The notes under the pieces: model-generated | Database searches by the model: none | The model's input: only the letters and a program-made list of their open reading frames with translations | Told to the model about the DNA's origin: nothing | In this document: positions 12,242 to 25,900 of the stretch, in pieces | How positions within the stretch are numbered: position 1 is the stretch's first letter | How the letters are laid out: each line of letters begins with the position of its first letter | Made by a program: the position numbers and the translations under genes | Origin: Mobula birostris | Taxonomy: Eukaryota | DNA: 64,000 nucleotides | NCBI RefSeq assembly: GCF_030028105.1 | Contig: NC_092386.1 | Location: 14,687,258-14,751,257, forward strand | Direction of reading: 5' to 3'

Positions 12242-13759
12242 GACCTATAATGTGATCAGATCTTCATCCAAGTCCCAAACCCAATTAAATAAATAACACA
12301 AAAACATTACACTTGTTCATTTATTTATTGAGAAAAACGATCCAATATTACATGTATTTGTTGGAAAAAGTATGTGAACATTTGCTTTCGGTAACTGGTG
12401 TAACCCCCTTGTACAGCAATAACTTCAAACTTTTCTGGTAACTGTTGATCAATCCTGCACAGCAGCTTGGAGGAATTTTAGGCCATTCCTCTTTACAAAT
12501 CTGCTTTAACTCTAGGATATTGGTGAGCTTCCTTGTATGATCTACTTCCTTCAGGTCCTTCCACAACATTTCTACAGGATTAAGGTCAGGACATTGACTT
12601 GGCAATTCCAAAAGATGAAGTTACTTTTTTTAAAAGATCATTCTGTTGTTGATTTACCCTCGTCTTTCAGATCATTGTCTTGTTGCAGTATCCAACTTCT
12701 ATTAAGCTTCAGGTGATGGACTGTTCGCCTGACATTCTCCAGTAAAATGTCTTGATAAAATTTTGAATTCATCATTCCCTCAACGATTGCAAACTGTCCA
12801 GGCCCTGAGGCAGCCAATCAGCCCCAAACCATGATGCTCCTTCCACCGTGCTTCACAGTTGGGTTGAGGTTTTGGTGTCGGTGTGCAGTGCCCTTTTTCC
12901 TCCTAACAGCAGTGTGCCTTTCTGCCAGAAAGTCCACAGAACATTGTCTCAAAGGCATTGTGGAACATCCAGGTGGTCTTTTGCAAACTTGAGATGTGCT
13001 GCAATTTTTTTTTTTTTTTGGAGAGCAGTTGTTTCCTTCGTGGTGTACTTCCATGAACATCATTCTTGTTCAATGTTTTTTCTTATGGCAGACACATGAA
13101 CAGAAACTTTAGCAACTTTAGAGAGTTCTGCAGGTCTTTTGCTGTTACCCTTTGGTTCTTCTTCACCTCTTTCGGCACTGCATGCGGTGCCTTGGTGTGA
13201 TCTTTGCAGGTTGCCCACTCGGGGGGAGAGTAGCAACAGTACTGAGTTTGTTTTATTTGTAGACAATTTCTCTGACTGCGGACTGACGAACACTCAGGTC
13301 TTTAGAAATGCTTTTGTAGCCTTTTCCAGCTTGATGCATCTCTACAGTTCTTCTTTTAAGGTCCTCTGAAAGCTGTTTTGATTGAGGCATGGTGCAGATA
13401 AACAGATTTATATTGAGAAGAGCAGGCTCTGTCAGTAACCTGACTTTGTGTGTCTTTTTCGTAGGGCAGGCACCTCTACAACCCACACCTCCAATCTCAT
13501 CTCATTGATTGCAACAACTGACTCCAAATAGCTTTTGTAGTAGGCATTACACCAGAGGTTCACATACTTTTTCCAACAAATATATGTAATATCGGATCAA
13601 TTTTCTCGATAAATGAACATGTACAATGTTGTTGTGATATTTATCTAATTGGGTTCTCTATCTAGTTTTAGGACTTGCATGAAGATCTGATCACACCTTA
13701 GGTCATATTTATGTAGAAATAGAGAAAATTCTACAGGGTTCACAAACTTTCTAGCACTG
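12242..13759 (-). mobile_element. Tc1-family (IR/DR type) DNA transposon, degenerate, one TIR truncated
   Basis: Fragments MPQSKQLSEDLKRRTVEMHQAGKGYKSISKDL, PTVKHGGRSIMVWG, QQDND and SQCPDLNPVEMLW. TIR ends ...CACAAACTTTCTAGCACTG followed by TA. Same family as 55198-56825. Confidence 0.92.
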
Positions 13760-13817
13760 TAAATAGTAGTGCTCGAGGAGACATCATAATGTGTCGTGCC
13801 ACCAAAGAGACACCTAT

Positions 13818-13823
13818 TTTATT
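13818..13823 (-). terminator. Candidate AK6 polyadenylation signal (AATAAA on minus strand)
   Basis: TTTATT on the plus strand, about 1.36 kb downstream of the AK6 stop. A closer ATTAAA lies at 14865-14870. Which is used cannot be determined here. Confidence 0.3.
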
Positions 13824-15066
13824 TATAATGAAATAACATTATTGCACTTTAGAGGTCAAATTACAAAATATGATAAGTACTATATGTTTTGCATTATAAT
13901 TTTAACTTTCGTTTCCATGGCTTAAATATCTTCCACTCTAAAGTATTGAATTTGTATGAATAGTTACATTTTTACATTGATAGAATGGCTCTATTAAGAA
14001 ATTTTGAATTCAGTAACAAAAATAACAATACTTTCTCCACCCAGGTGTATCTCAAAAATAAACACATTTAAATAAAAGGCATTTACAACAGTGCAAAGCT
14101 CCCTCAGGACTGCTCTGGAATATCTACTTCTGTTCATTGTTCATTGATCCTGCTTACAGGTACTGTTCTATAGATTTGCTAAGTATGCGTGCAGGAAAAA
14201 GAATCTCAGGGTATGTGGTGATATGTACGTACCCCTGATAATAGATTCTACTTTGAACTTTGATGACTTTAACTCACAACCTTCTGACTCAGAAATGACC
14301 GTGCAGTCCAATGAACAGTTAGTTCATTGGCAAGTTCCTCATCACAAGCAATCCTGCAACTTCAGCACATGGCTTGGCAGTCCATATCTTTGTTTTTGCA
14401 TGTTTACCCTAACTATATAAGGGACATGCCTGTCCTAGCACGGAAAGTCAGCTCTGGCAGACTGGGTGGATGAGATCAACAGTGAGAGTGGAAGGCAGTT
14501 CTTCAACACTTCATACAGAGAAAGGGCATGACAAGACATAGAAGAAGTCACTGCAACCAAAGAAGACCGCAGTTGTGACAACGACTTGTACAACTGGGCC
14601 CAGACTTCCAAGGTCAAAACAGCGGAACTGCCAAAGCACAATGGCTTTTCCACTTTAAAAACTCTCCTGCACAGGCTTGTTTGTGCAATTCAAATCATCT
14701 AACAGAAGAAATGCACAAATCTGTCATCATCGCATACAACGGACAACCAAATCAATCACCCAAACTATTTAGTTCCTACAGAACTGACAGCAAATGCAAC
14801 CTGTAAATGAAAAGCAATGATATTTCTTCAATTAGCTTTAACAATATTGATTTATACATCTTGGTTTAATAGCAAAATTTCTGCATTGATCATTATACAA
14901 TTCTGTTCGTAAATACACAAGTAAATATCTATACAGTCTAAATGTTCTTTGTGTTTTCCACTGTGTAAAATACCAGTACTCTTTCACAATGTTACATACA
15001 GCCCAATGAAAACCAGCTGTCTCAGTATACTAGTTTCTTTTTAAGCCAGCAATCAATCTTCTAAGC

Positions 15067-15145
15067 CAGGGGTTACCAACCTATTTTATGCCATGGACCA
15101 ATACCATTAGCAAAGGGTCCATGGACCCCAGGTTGGGAACCCCTG
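15067..15145. mobile_element. 79-bp hAT (Charlie-like) MITE in the AK6 3' UTR
   Basis: TIRs CAGGGGTTACCAACCT / AGGTTGGGAACCCCTG. Imperfect 8-bp TSD TTCTAAGC / GTCTAAAC. Confidence 0.8.
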
Positions 15146-15179
15146 GTCTAAACCTAAAACTGTCCTTAACTGCTAGCAT

Positions 15180-15398
<219 letters not shown>

Positions 15399-16284
15399 TT
15401 ATTATAATAAGAGAGCCTTTTTGATCAAAGAAATTTGGTTTGTTACAGAATATCTTGTAAGTAAGATGAGCAAAGCAAACACTAACACATTTAATACTAA
15501 TACTCATAGATCACTGGTCATGGGGAGAACATACAAACCCCTTAGGAGAGCAGTGAAAATTGAACCCCGACCGGTGATCACTGGCACTGTAAAACATTGT
15601 GCTAACTGCTACTCTACCACGCTACCCTGTTTTTCTTTTTTTTGCTAACAGCCATCGAACCGTGATCAATAATCATTGGTGTTGTAAAACGTTACACTAA
15701 CCATTATGCTACTCTGCTGCTTGCTTTAAAAATAAAGAATTCTCTTTAATACAGACCAAGTAAAACTAATATTAACTTCAGAAGGGGCTTCACTGGCAGG
15801 GATCTAGCAAAAGAATCAGAATCAGGCTTAATATCATGGCATATGTCATGAAATTTGTTAGAAAAGGGAAACATGAAATTGGATACCTTTTTCTAATTAA
15901 TTCACACAAGGCTGCTGCTGTAGAGGCAATGGTACAGCAACTCTGCTGTCCCATGCATTGAACTAGTCTACTGACAGTTACTGTTAAAGTTCTGCCATAA
16001 ACAGCGGACCTCTGGACAAAGTATGAGGGAAAAAAAAACACTACCCTGGAAACTATATTCATTGCTGAGATCATAAAATGCAGGAGTAGAACTAGGCCAT
16101 TTGGTCCACTGAGCCATTTCCCTCTGCCCCAATCCACTGCCTTCTCCCTGAAACCCTTATAGCACCTTTCTCTGCAATCTGCAATTTCCCAAAGATCAGT
16201 TCAATTAATCAGTAACTAGGGTGATTTTTTTTTAGGGGAAGACGGTACATGTACAATGAACTACTTTGAAAACACTGCAAGTTA

Positions 16285-16473
<189 letters not shown>

Positions 16474-16719
16474 TCAAAGTCAAAATATTATCAATCTTTA
16501 ATTCGTCATCATATACTAACAAGATTCATTTTCTTGCAGATATTTACAGAAAATAAGGAAATATGGAATTTATGAAAAAAATCTATACTTAAACAAAAAC
16601 TTACAGATAACCAATGTGCAAAAGACAAATTGCGCAAATAAAATAATACTATTAATACCAAGAACAAGTTGTAAAGAGTCATTGAAAGTGAAACTATAAG
16701 TTGCAGAATGTGGTGATTG

Positions 16720-17050
16720 AAGTTATTCGCACCAATTCAATAACTGTTCCTGAACCCGCTGGTGAAGGACCTACAGCTTCTGTACCTTCTCCCTGATAGT
16801 AGCAGTGAGAAGAAAGCATAGCCTGGATGGCGGGTGTCTTTTATGATAGATGCTGCTTTCTTGTAGCAGAGCTCCTTATATTTGTGCTCAATGGTGGGGA
16901 AGGCTTTGCCTGTGATGGACTTGGCTGTATCCACCACCTTCAGTAGACTTTTCTGATCCTGGGCATTGGTGTTTCTATATCAGGCCGTGATACAGCCAGT
17001 TAGGATACTCTCCACTGTGCAACTACAGAAGTTTGTCAAAGTTTTTGGTG
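16720..17050 (-). mobile_element. 3' fragment of a Rex1/Babar- or L2-like non-LTR element
   Basis: ORF 16737-16937(-) TAKSITG...KAASIIKDTRHPGYAFFSLLLSGRRYRS. Related copies at about 39258-39870(+) and 62950-63250(+). Confidence 0.65.
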
Positions 17051-17420
17051 AGGGTAGAACAAACCAGAGATATCTTGGTTCAGTTGTTTAATAAACATCA
17101 AATGTTGAAACCCAAATCCTACCCAAAACACCGAAAATAACAATATCATTGACAGTGGACAAGGCGAGGAATGAAACTCATGAAGATGAGAGATGTTGGA
17201 AATCCGAAGCAACACACAAAAACTGCTGGAGGTGCTGAGCAGGTGCTGCCTAACCTGCTGAGTTCCTCCAGAATTTTGTATGTGTTGCTAAGGAATGAAA
17301 CTCCAAGGTTTCATTCAGGCAACAAGTACAACCTGGTCGTTTTACAACTTAGTTGATTCCTTCCCTGCTCTATTCCAATGCTCATGCACAATTATGTAAA
17401 TAAGTCTAACTTTCCTGGTT

Positions 17421-19585
17421 AGAAACATAGAAAGCCTACAGCACAATACAGGCTCTTCGGCCCACAAAGCTGTGTCGAACATATCCTGACCTTAAAAATT
17501 ACCTAGTATTACCCATAGCCCTCTATTTTCCTGAGCTCCATATACCTGTCTAGGAGTCTCTTAAAAGACCCTATCACATCCGCCTCCACCACCGTCACCG
17601 GCAGCCCATTCCACGCACTCACCACTCTCTGCGTAAAAAAACTTACCACTGATATCTCCTCTGTACCTACTTCCAAGCACCTTAAAAGTGTGCCCTCTAC
17701 TGTTAGCCATTTCAGCCCTAGGAAAAAGCCTCTGACTATCCACACGATCAATGCCTCTCACCATCGTATACACCTCTATCAGGTCACTTCTCATCCTCTG
17801 TCGCTCCAAGGAAAAAAGGTCGAGTTCACTCAAACTATGCTCATAAGGCATGCTCTCCAATCCAGGCAACATCCTTGTAAGTCTCCTCTGTACCCTTTCT
17901 ATGGTTTCCACATCCTTCCTATAGTGAGGTGACCTGAACTGAGCACAGTACTCCAAGTGGGGTCTGACCAGGGTCCTATATAGCTGCAACATTACCTCTC
18001 GGCTCCTAAACTCACTTCCATGAAGGCCAATGCACCATATGCCTTCTTAACCAGAGAGTCAACCTGTGCAGCAGCTTTGAGTGTCCTATGGACTCGGACC
18101 CCAAGATCCCTCTGATCCTCCACACTGCCAAGAGTCTTATCATTAATACTATATTCTGTCATCATATTTGACCTATCAAAATTAACCACTTCACACTTAT
18201 CTGGGTTGAACTCCATCTGCCATTTCTCAGCCCAGTTTTGCATGCTATCAATGTCCCGCTATAACCTCTGACAGCCCTCCACACTATCCACAACACCTCC
18301 AACCTTTGTGTCATCAGCAAATTTACTAACCCATCCCTCCACTTCCTCATCCAGGTCATTTGTAAAAATCACGAAGAGTAGGGGTCCCAGAACAGATCCC
18401 TGGGGCACACCACAGGTGACTGACCTCCATGCAGAATATGACCCATCTACAATCACTCTTTGCCTTCTGTGGGCAAGCCAGTTCTGGATCCACAAAGCAA
18501 TTTCCCCTTGGATCCCATGCCTCCTTACTTTCTCAATAAGCCTTGCATTGGGTAGCTTGTCAACTGCCTTGCTGAAATCCATATACACTACATCTACTGC
18601 TCTACCATCATCAATGTGTCTAGTCACATCCTCAAAAAATTCAATCAGGCTTGTAAGGCACGACCTGCTTTTCACAAAGCCATGCTGACTATTCCTATTC
18701 ATATTATGCCTCTCCAAATGTTCATAATTCCTGCCTCTCAGGATCTTCTCCATCAACTTACCAACCACTGAAGTAAGACTCACCGGTCTATAATTTCCTG
18801 GGGTATCTCTACTCCCTTTCTTGAATAATGGAACAACATCCGCAATACTCCAATCCTCCGGAACCTCTCCCATCCCCATTGATGGTGGAAAGATCAACGC
18901 TGGAGGATCCGCAATCTCCTCCCTCACCTCCCACAGTAGCCTGGGTTACATCTCGACCAGTCCCAGTGACTTATCCAACTTGATGCTTTCCAAAAGCGCC
19001 TGCACATCCTCTTTCATAATATCTACATGCTCAAGCTTTTCAGTCCACTGTAAATCATCCCTATAATCGCCAAGATCCTTTTCTGTAGTGAATACTGAAG
19101 CAAAGTACTCATTAAGTACGTCTGCTATCTCCTCCGGTTCCATACACACTTTTCCACTGTCACACTTGATTGGTCCTATTCTCTCACGTCCTCTCCTCTT
19201 GCTCTTCACATACTTGCAGAATGCCTTGGAGTTTTCCTTAATCCTGTCCGCCAAGGCCTTCTCATGGCCCCTTCTGGCTCTCCTAATTTCTTTCTTGAGC
19301 TCCTTCCTGCTAGCCTTATAATCTTCTAGCTCTCGATCATTACCTTGCGTTTTGAACCTTTCATAAGCTCTTCTTTTCTTCTTGACTAGATTTACAACAG
19401 CCTTTGTACACCATGGTTCCTGTACCCTACCATCCTTTCCCTGTCTCATTGGAATGTACCTATGCAGAACTCTACACAAATATCCCCTGAACCTTTGCCA
19501 CATTTCTTCTGTACTTTTCCCTGAGAAAAGTACGGAATATCTGTTTCCAATTTATGCTTCCAAGTTCCTGCCTGATAGCCTCAAG
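17421..19585 (-). mobile_element. CR1 LINE, about 2.1-kb 3' part, in AK6 intron 3; frameshifted
   Basis: ORFs 18946-19503, 18259-18927 (NYRPVSLTS, GVPQGSVLGPLLF, KFADDTK), 17992-18243 and 17561-17992 (LVRPHLEYC). Confidence 0.93.
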
Positions 19586-19694
19586 TTCCTTGATTTAAGC
19601 TGACATTTGGGATTGAACAAATCAACACAAAGTAAATGGGCAGATGTTTGAAATGCATTTTGGATGATAGTAAGTTTTCTACTGCAATACTCAC

Positions 19695-19753
19695 CCCGTC
19701 TTCATCCAGAATGGGACACGAATATTCTTCATCATAGCCTTCATACAGCTGAC
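19695..19753 (-). CDS. AK6: AK6 coding exon 3: (G)QLYEGYDEEYSCPILDEDG
   Basis: 59 nt, CTGCAAAG| ... GGG|GTGAGT, phases 1/0 consistent. Matches QLYDGYDEEYDCPILDED of vertebrate AK6. Not in the ORF track. Confidence 0.95.
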
Positions 19754-19874
19754 CTTTGCAGATATATTACAAACATACTGGTTTATAGCTGTCTCCTGAC
19801 TAGCAACATCCATTAGGACAGAAAAGTACAGATACATTCACAAATATTAAACCCACATTGATACATAAAATATA

Positions 19875-20614
19875 CAGTGGATTCCAGTTAATATGGGCAC
19901 ATCAGGACCAGTATATTTTGCCAAAGTTTTATACATAAAAAGGTATAAAAATGACAAATTGAGTAACAAATTTAATATTTAAATGAAATACAGAATAAAT
20001 TAGAACATTACCAATACTACTACAGTACTGGAAAACTGTATTACTTCCTAATAGTTACTGACGGAGGAATTATTCACTGTACAAAAACGTATTCCTTCGA
20101 TTGACCGTAAATGAACAAAACCAGCACAGACACTGAGTGGAGCTAATGGACTGCCTTCACACAGTGTTCTTGACGATTGCCTCAGAAGGCAGTGGAGGCC
20201 AATTCTCTGGATGCTTTCAAGAAAGAGTCAGATAGAGCTCTTAAAGATAGCGGAGTCAAGGGATATGGGGACAAGGCAGGAATAGGGTACTGATTGTGGA
20301 TGATCAGCCATGATCACAGTGAATGGCGGTGCTGGCTCGAGGGGTGAATGGCCTACTCCTGCACCTGTTGCATATTGTCTATCCTCCACTTAATTGTAAC
20401 ATTAAAGATAATTGCCGATATTTTCAAATTCTTCTTAGTTCCTAACTTGTTGAAGTAGTGAAATTGTTTCAATTTCACTCCTGGCCATTTCTGGCATCTC
20501 CAAGCCTGAATGCTTGAAACTGCTGTGAGCAAAACGGTTGTGAATTTTTTAAGAGTTGTCCCAAAGAAGTAGTTCGCCCAATTAGTTAATGGCCCAATCA
20601 ACCAGAATCCACTG
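19875..20614. mobile_element. pogo/Tigger-like non-autonomous element carrying a nested CR1 3' fragment (about 20179-20383)
   Basis: TA|CAGTGGATTCCAGTTAATATGGGC ... GGCCCAATCAACCAGAATCCACTG inverted termini. The nested piece is nearly identical to 1764-1962. Confidence 0.7.
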
Positions 20615-21247
20615 CATATAAAATCAGGGCGAGAATTGCCACACAACAGTATCACCAAGCAATGGTCATCACTTCCCAGAGGTCTTTTCTATCTAAACTC
20701 AAAATGTTCATGCTTTTATCTGAACACAACATTCATTATTACGTTTAAATAAGGAAATCCATGAAGTAAGCCAAGGTAATTGTTTCCAAAAGCAATTGTT
20801 TTACAAGACAAATATTTCATCATATTACATCCTGTTATTAGTTTATAAAATGTCACAGCTAGTACAAAGACTTTGCATACTTTTTGAAATATTTAATTGT
20901 CATTTTTCAGCAATGCAAACATTCAATCAACTTTGTCATTTAGTCAAACATTAGTCAATTTGTCCAGACACTGTAAATCTTTTCTGCAGCTGCTGAAAAT
21001 TCAGTAGTCTGAACGTCCTTTAATTAATGGAGATAAATTAATTTATGACAAACAATGTTTCCTAACACTGGCTTTAATTTGCTGAAAATTAAAAAAGGAA
21101 ATATATTTGTGCTTACTGGGAATGGAAGTATATATACTGGAGCTACGTTATCAATCCTTCCTTTAAAAATGAAACTCAAACTTTTCAAGAATTGTGAGTA
21201 TCACTTAGAGGAGAGATGTAGATTTTTAGAAATGTTTTCATGTGTTA

Positions 21248-21457
<210 letters not shown>

Positions 21458-22939
21458 TTACAGCATCCCTGTGGGAATGCTCCCCACCGACCTCCCAGAG
21501 TGTAGTGTCACAACGCACAACATCAATGCTTTCTCCCTCCCACGAGGATTTACAGTTCCACACGATTGTACCATTCTTTTCATGGTGGTTCAAAATCACA
21601 GACTTCATGATAGATTCCGGTATCTTCCCCCACTATCTCATTGAGCTGACAGGTTTTTAATTTCCAGTTTCTTTTGTGTGTGTGTCTCTCTCTCTCTCCT
21701 TTGTGGTTACATTTGGGACCCTTCAATGTACAGGAAGCATTGCAGCATTTTTTTTTAAACTTTGGCAGATAAAAAGCAAATAATTTACCATCTCTGAAGT
21801 CACCAGTATCAAATGTCATTAGATCCTTGAAATTAATCAATTTTCAAGTTTGCTAACTTCCATTACAATGTTTTTAAAATTAATGCTGGCTTTATTTTAC
21901 TTCCCCATTTCCTTCAGCCTTCACTACTGCTGGGAGTTTTGTTTTTGTATTTTCCCTGTATAATGCAATGTAACCTGCATGCACCACTTGCACTGGCAGC
22001 TCGTTCCACTCTCACAACCCTCTGAGTGAAGAAGTTTCCGCTTGTGTTCCCCTTAAACGTTTCACCTTTCACCCTTAACCCATTACGTCTCGTTGTAGTC
22101 CCACCCAACCTCAGTGGAAAAACCTCATTTACCCTGTCTATACCCTTCATAATTTTTTTTAACCTCCTTCAAATCTCCTCTCAATCTTCTGCGATCTAAG
22201 AAATAAAATTCTGACCTATTCAATAATGCAACAGAACAACACACACAAATGCTGGAGGGATTCAGCAGATCAGGCAGCAAATATGGAGGGGAATAAACAG
22301 TTAACGTTTTGGACTGAGACCCTTCATCATGGATGGGATGGAAGGGGGAAGAAGCCAGAAGCCAATGTAACAGAAAGAGCTTTCTGAAGTTATAGCTAGT
22401 AGAGTAGAGAAAACATTGCATGTAGCTTCTCTCAGTTGTCAGATGTTGTAGCACCCTTAGGAACCTTAACAATACTAGACAAAAGTAGCATAAAAAGTAA
22501 ATCCTCACTGGGAATATATGCTGTCCCCCACTCATATGCATTTGCCACCACTCCTCAATCCACTGACTCCTCCAGCATCTTCAGCAACAAGCAGATTTTT
22601 GTGTCTCCACCAGCATCTTGATTTTTGCCCCTAAGAAAACTCACCCCATGCACAAGCAACAGTTAAAGTAAACTAGCTTGCCCTCCTTTACCCTACCCAG
22701 ACAACCCATCGTACACTCTCCCGGCTGTCCCCACACAAACAGCTCAACCACCACTCCCTACCCTTACCACAATCTCACCCCAATCCAACCCCTCCCCACA
22801 CATCTTTCAGAAAGATATTTGGCGGTCTCTCTATGGTTACTCACGATTCCTCTCCCTCCTTCCCCGATACATCCTACTCCCGCACAATGAGGACATTTGG
22901 CCATCTCTATGTGATAAGACACCACACACATACACGCCT

Positions 22940-25900
22940 CATACATATAAACTCCTGACCCCATACAGATCCCCACCCTCCACCTGAGAGAAGGATATTC
23001 GGCCATCTCTCCATGCTGACAGACACCATACACATAAGCCCCCGGCCCCCATACTCAGACCCACACCCCTCACCTGTGAGCAGGACATTCGGCATCTCTC
23101 CATAGTGACAGACACCATACACATAAACCCCCGGCCCCCATACTCAAACCCACACCCCTCACCTGTGAGGAGGATATTCGGCCGTTTCCCCATGGTGACA
23201 GACACCACACACACATAAACCCCTGGCCCCCATACTCAGACCCACACCCCTCACCTGTGAGCAGGACATTCGGCATCTCTCCATGCTGACAGACACCACA
23301 CACATAAACCCCTGGCCCCCATACTCAAACCCACACCCCTCACCTGTGAGGAGGATATTCGGCCGTTTCCCCATGGTGACAGACACCACACACACACATA
23401 AGCCCCCGGCCCCCATACTCAGACCCACACCCCTCACCTGTGAGCAGGACATTCGGCATCTCTCCATGCTGACAGACACCACACACATAAACCCCTGGCC
23501 CCCATACTCAGACCCACACTCCCCACCCGTGAGAAGGATATTCGACCGTCTCTCTATGGTGACAGACACCACACACATAAACCCCTGGCCCCCATACTCA
23601 AACCCACACCCCTCACCTGTGAGGAGATAAGATCGATTCTCCATGGTGACAGGCACCACACACACATAAACCCCTGGCCCCCATACTCAGACCCACACCC
23701 CTCACCTGTGAGGAGATAAGATCGATTCTCCATGGTGACAGACACCACACACACATAAACCCCTGGCCCCCATACTCAAACCCACACCCCTCACCTGTGA
23801 GGAGATAAGATCGATTCTCCATGGTGACAGGCACCACACACACATACACCCCCGGCCCCCATACTCAGACCCACACCCCTCACCTGTGAGGAGATAAGAT
23901 CAATTCTCCATGGTGACAGGCACCATACACACATAAACCCCTGACCCCCATACTCAGACCCACACCCCTCACCTGTGAGGAGATAAGATCGATTCTCCAT
24001 GGTGACAGGCACCACACACACATAAACCCCTGGCCCCCATACTCAGACCCACACCCCTCACCTGTGAGGAGATAAGATCGATTCTCCATGGTGACAGGCA
24101 CCACACACACATAAACCCCCGGCCCCCATCCTCAGACCCACACCCCTCACCTGTGAGGAGATAAGATCGATTCTCCATGGTGACAGGCACCACACACACA
24201 TAAACCCCCGGCCCCCATCCTCAGACCCACACCCCTCACCTGTGAGGAGATAAGATCGATTCTCCATGGTGACAGGCACCACACACACATAAACCCCCGG
24301 CCCCCATCCTCAGACCCACACCCCTCACCTGTGAGGAGATAAGATCGATTCTCCATGGTGACAGGCACCACACACACATAAACCCCCGGCCCCCATACTC
24401 AGACCCACACCCCTCACCTGTGAGGAGATAAGATCGATTCTCCATGGTGACAGGCACCACACACACATAAACCCCCGGCCCCCATACTCAGACCCACACC
24501 CCTCACCTGTGAGGAGATAAGATCGATTCTCCATGGTGACAGGCACCATACACACATAAACCCCCGGCCCCCGTACTCAGACCCACAGCCCTCACCTGTG
24601 AGGAGATAAGATCGATTCTCCATGCTGACAGGCACCACACACACATAAACCCCCGGCCCCCGTACTCAGACCCACACCCCTCACCTGTGAGGAGATAAGA
24701 TCGATTCTCCATGGTGACAGGCTCCACACACACATAAACCCCCGGCCCCCGTACTCAGACCCACACCCCTCACCTGTGAGGAGATAAGATCGATTCTCCA
24801 TGGTGACAGGCACCACACACACATAAACCCCCGGCCCCCATACTCAGACCCACACCCCTCACCTGTGAGGAGATAAGATCGATTCTCCATGGTGACAGGC
24901 ACCACACACACATAAACCCCCGGCCCCCATACTCAGACCCACACCCCTCACCTGTGAGGAGATAAGATCGATTCTCCATGGTGACAGGCACCACACACAC
25001 ATAAACCCCCGGCCCCCATACTCAGACCCACACCCCTCACCTGTGAGGAGATAAGATCGATTCTCCATGGTGACAGGCACCACACACACATAAACCCCCG
25101 GCCCCCATACTCAGACCCACACCCCTCACCTGTGAGGAGATAAGATCGATTCTCCATGCTGACAGGCACCACACACACATAAACCCCCGGCCCCCATACT
25201 CAGACCCACACCCCTCACCTGTGAGGAGATAAGATCGATTCTCCATGCTGACAGGCACCACACACACATAAACCCCCGGCCCCCATACTCAGACCCACAC
25301 CCCTCACCTGTGAGGAGATAAGATCGATTCTCCATGCTGACAGGCACCACACACACATAAACCCCCGGCCCCCATACTCAGACCCACACCCCTCACCTGT
25401 GAGGAGATAAGATCGATTCTCCATGCTGACAGGCACCACACACACATAAACCCCCGGCCCCCATACTCAGACCCACACCCCTCACCTGTGAGGAGATAAG
25501 ATCGATTCTCCATGCTGACAGGCACCACACACACATAAACCCCCGGCCCCCATACTCAGACCCACACCCCTCACCTGTGAGGAGATAAGATCGATTCTCC
25601 ATGGTGACAGGCACCACACACACATAAACCCCCGGCCCCCATACTCAGACCCACACCCCTCACCTGTGAGGAGATAAGATCGATTCTCCATGGTGACAGG
25701 CACCACACACACATAAACCCCCGGCCCCCATACTCAGACCCACACCCCTCACCTGTGAGGAGATAAGATCGATTCCCCATGGTGACAGGCACCACACACA
25801 CATAAACCCCCGGCCCCCATACTCAGACCCACACCCCTCACCTGTGAGGAGATAAGATCGATTCTCCATGGTGACAGGCACCACACACACATAAACCCCC

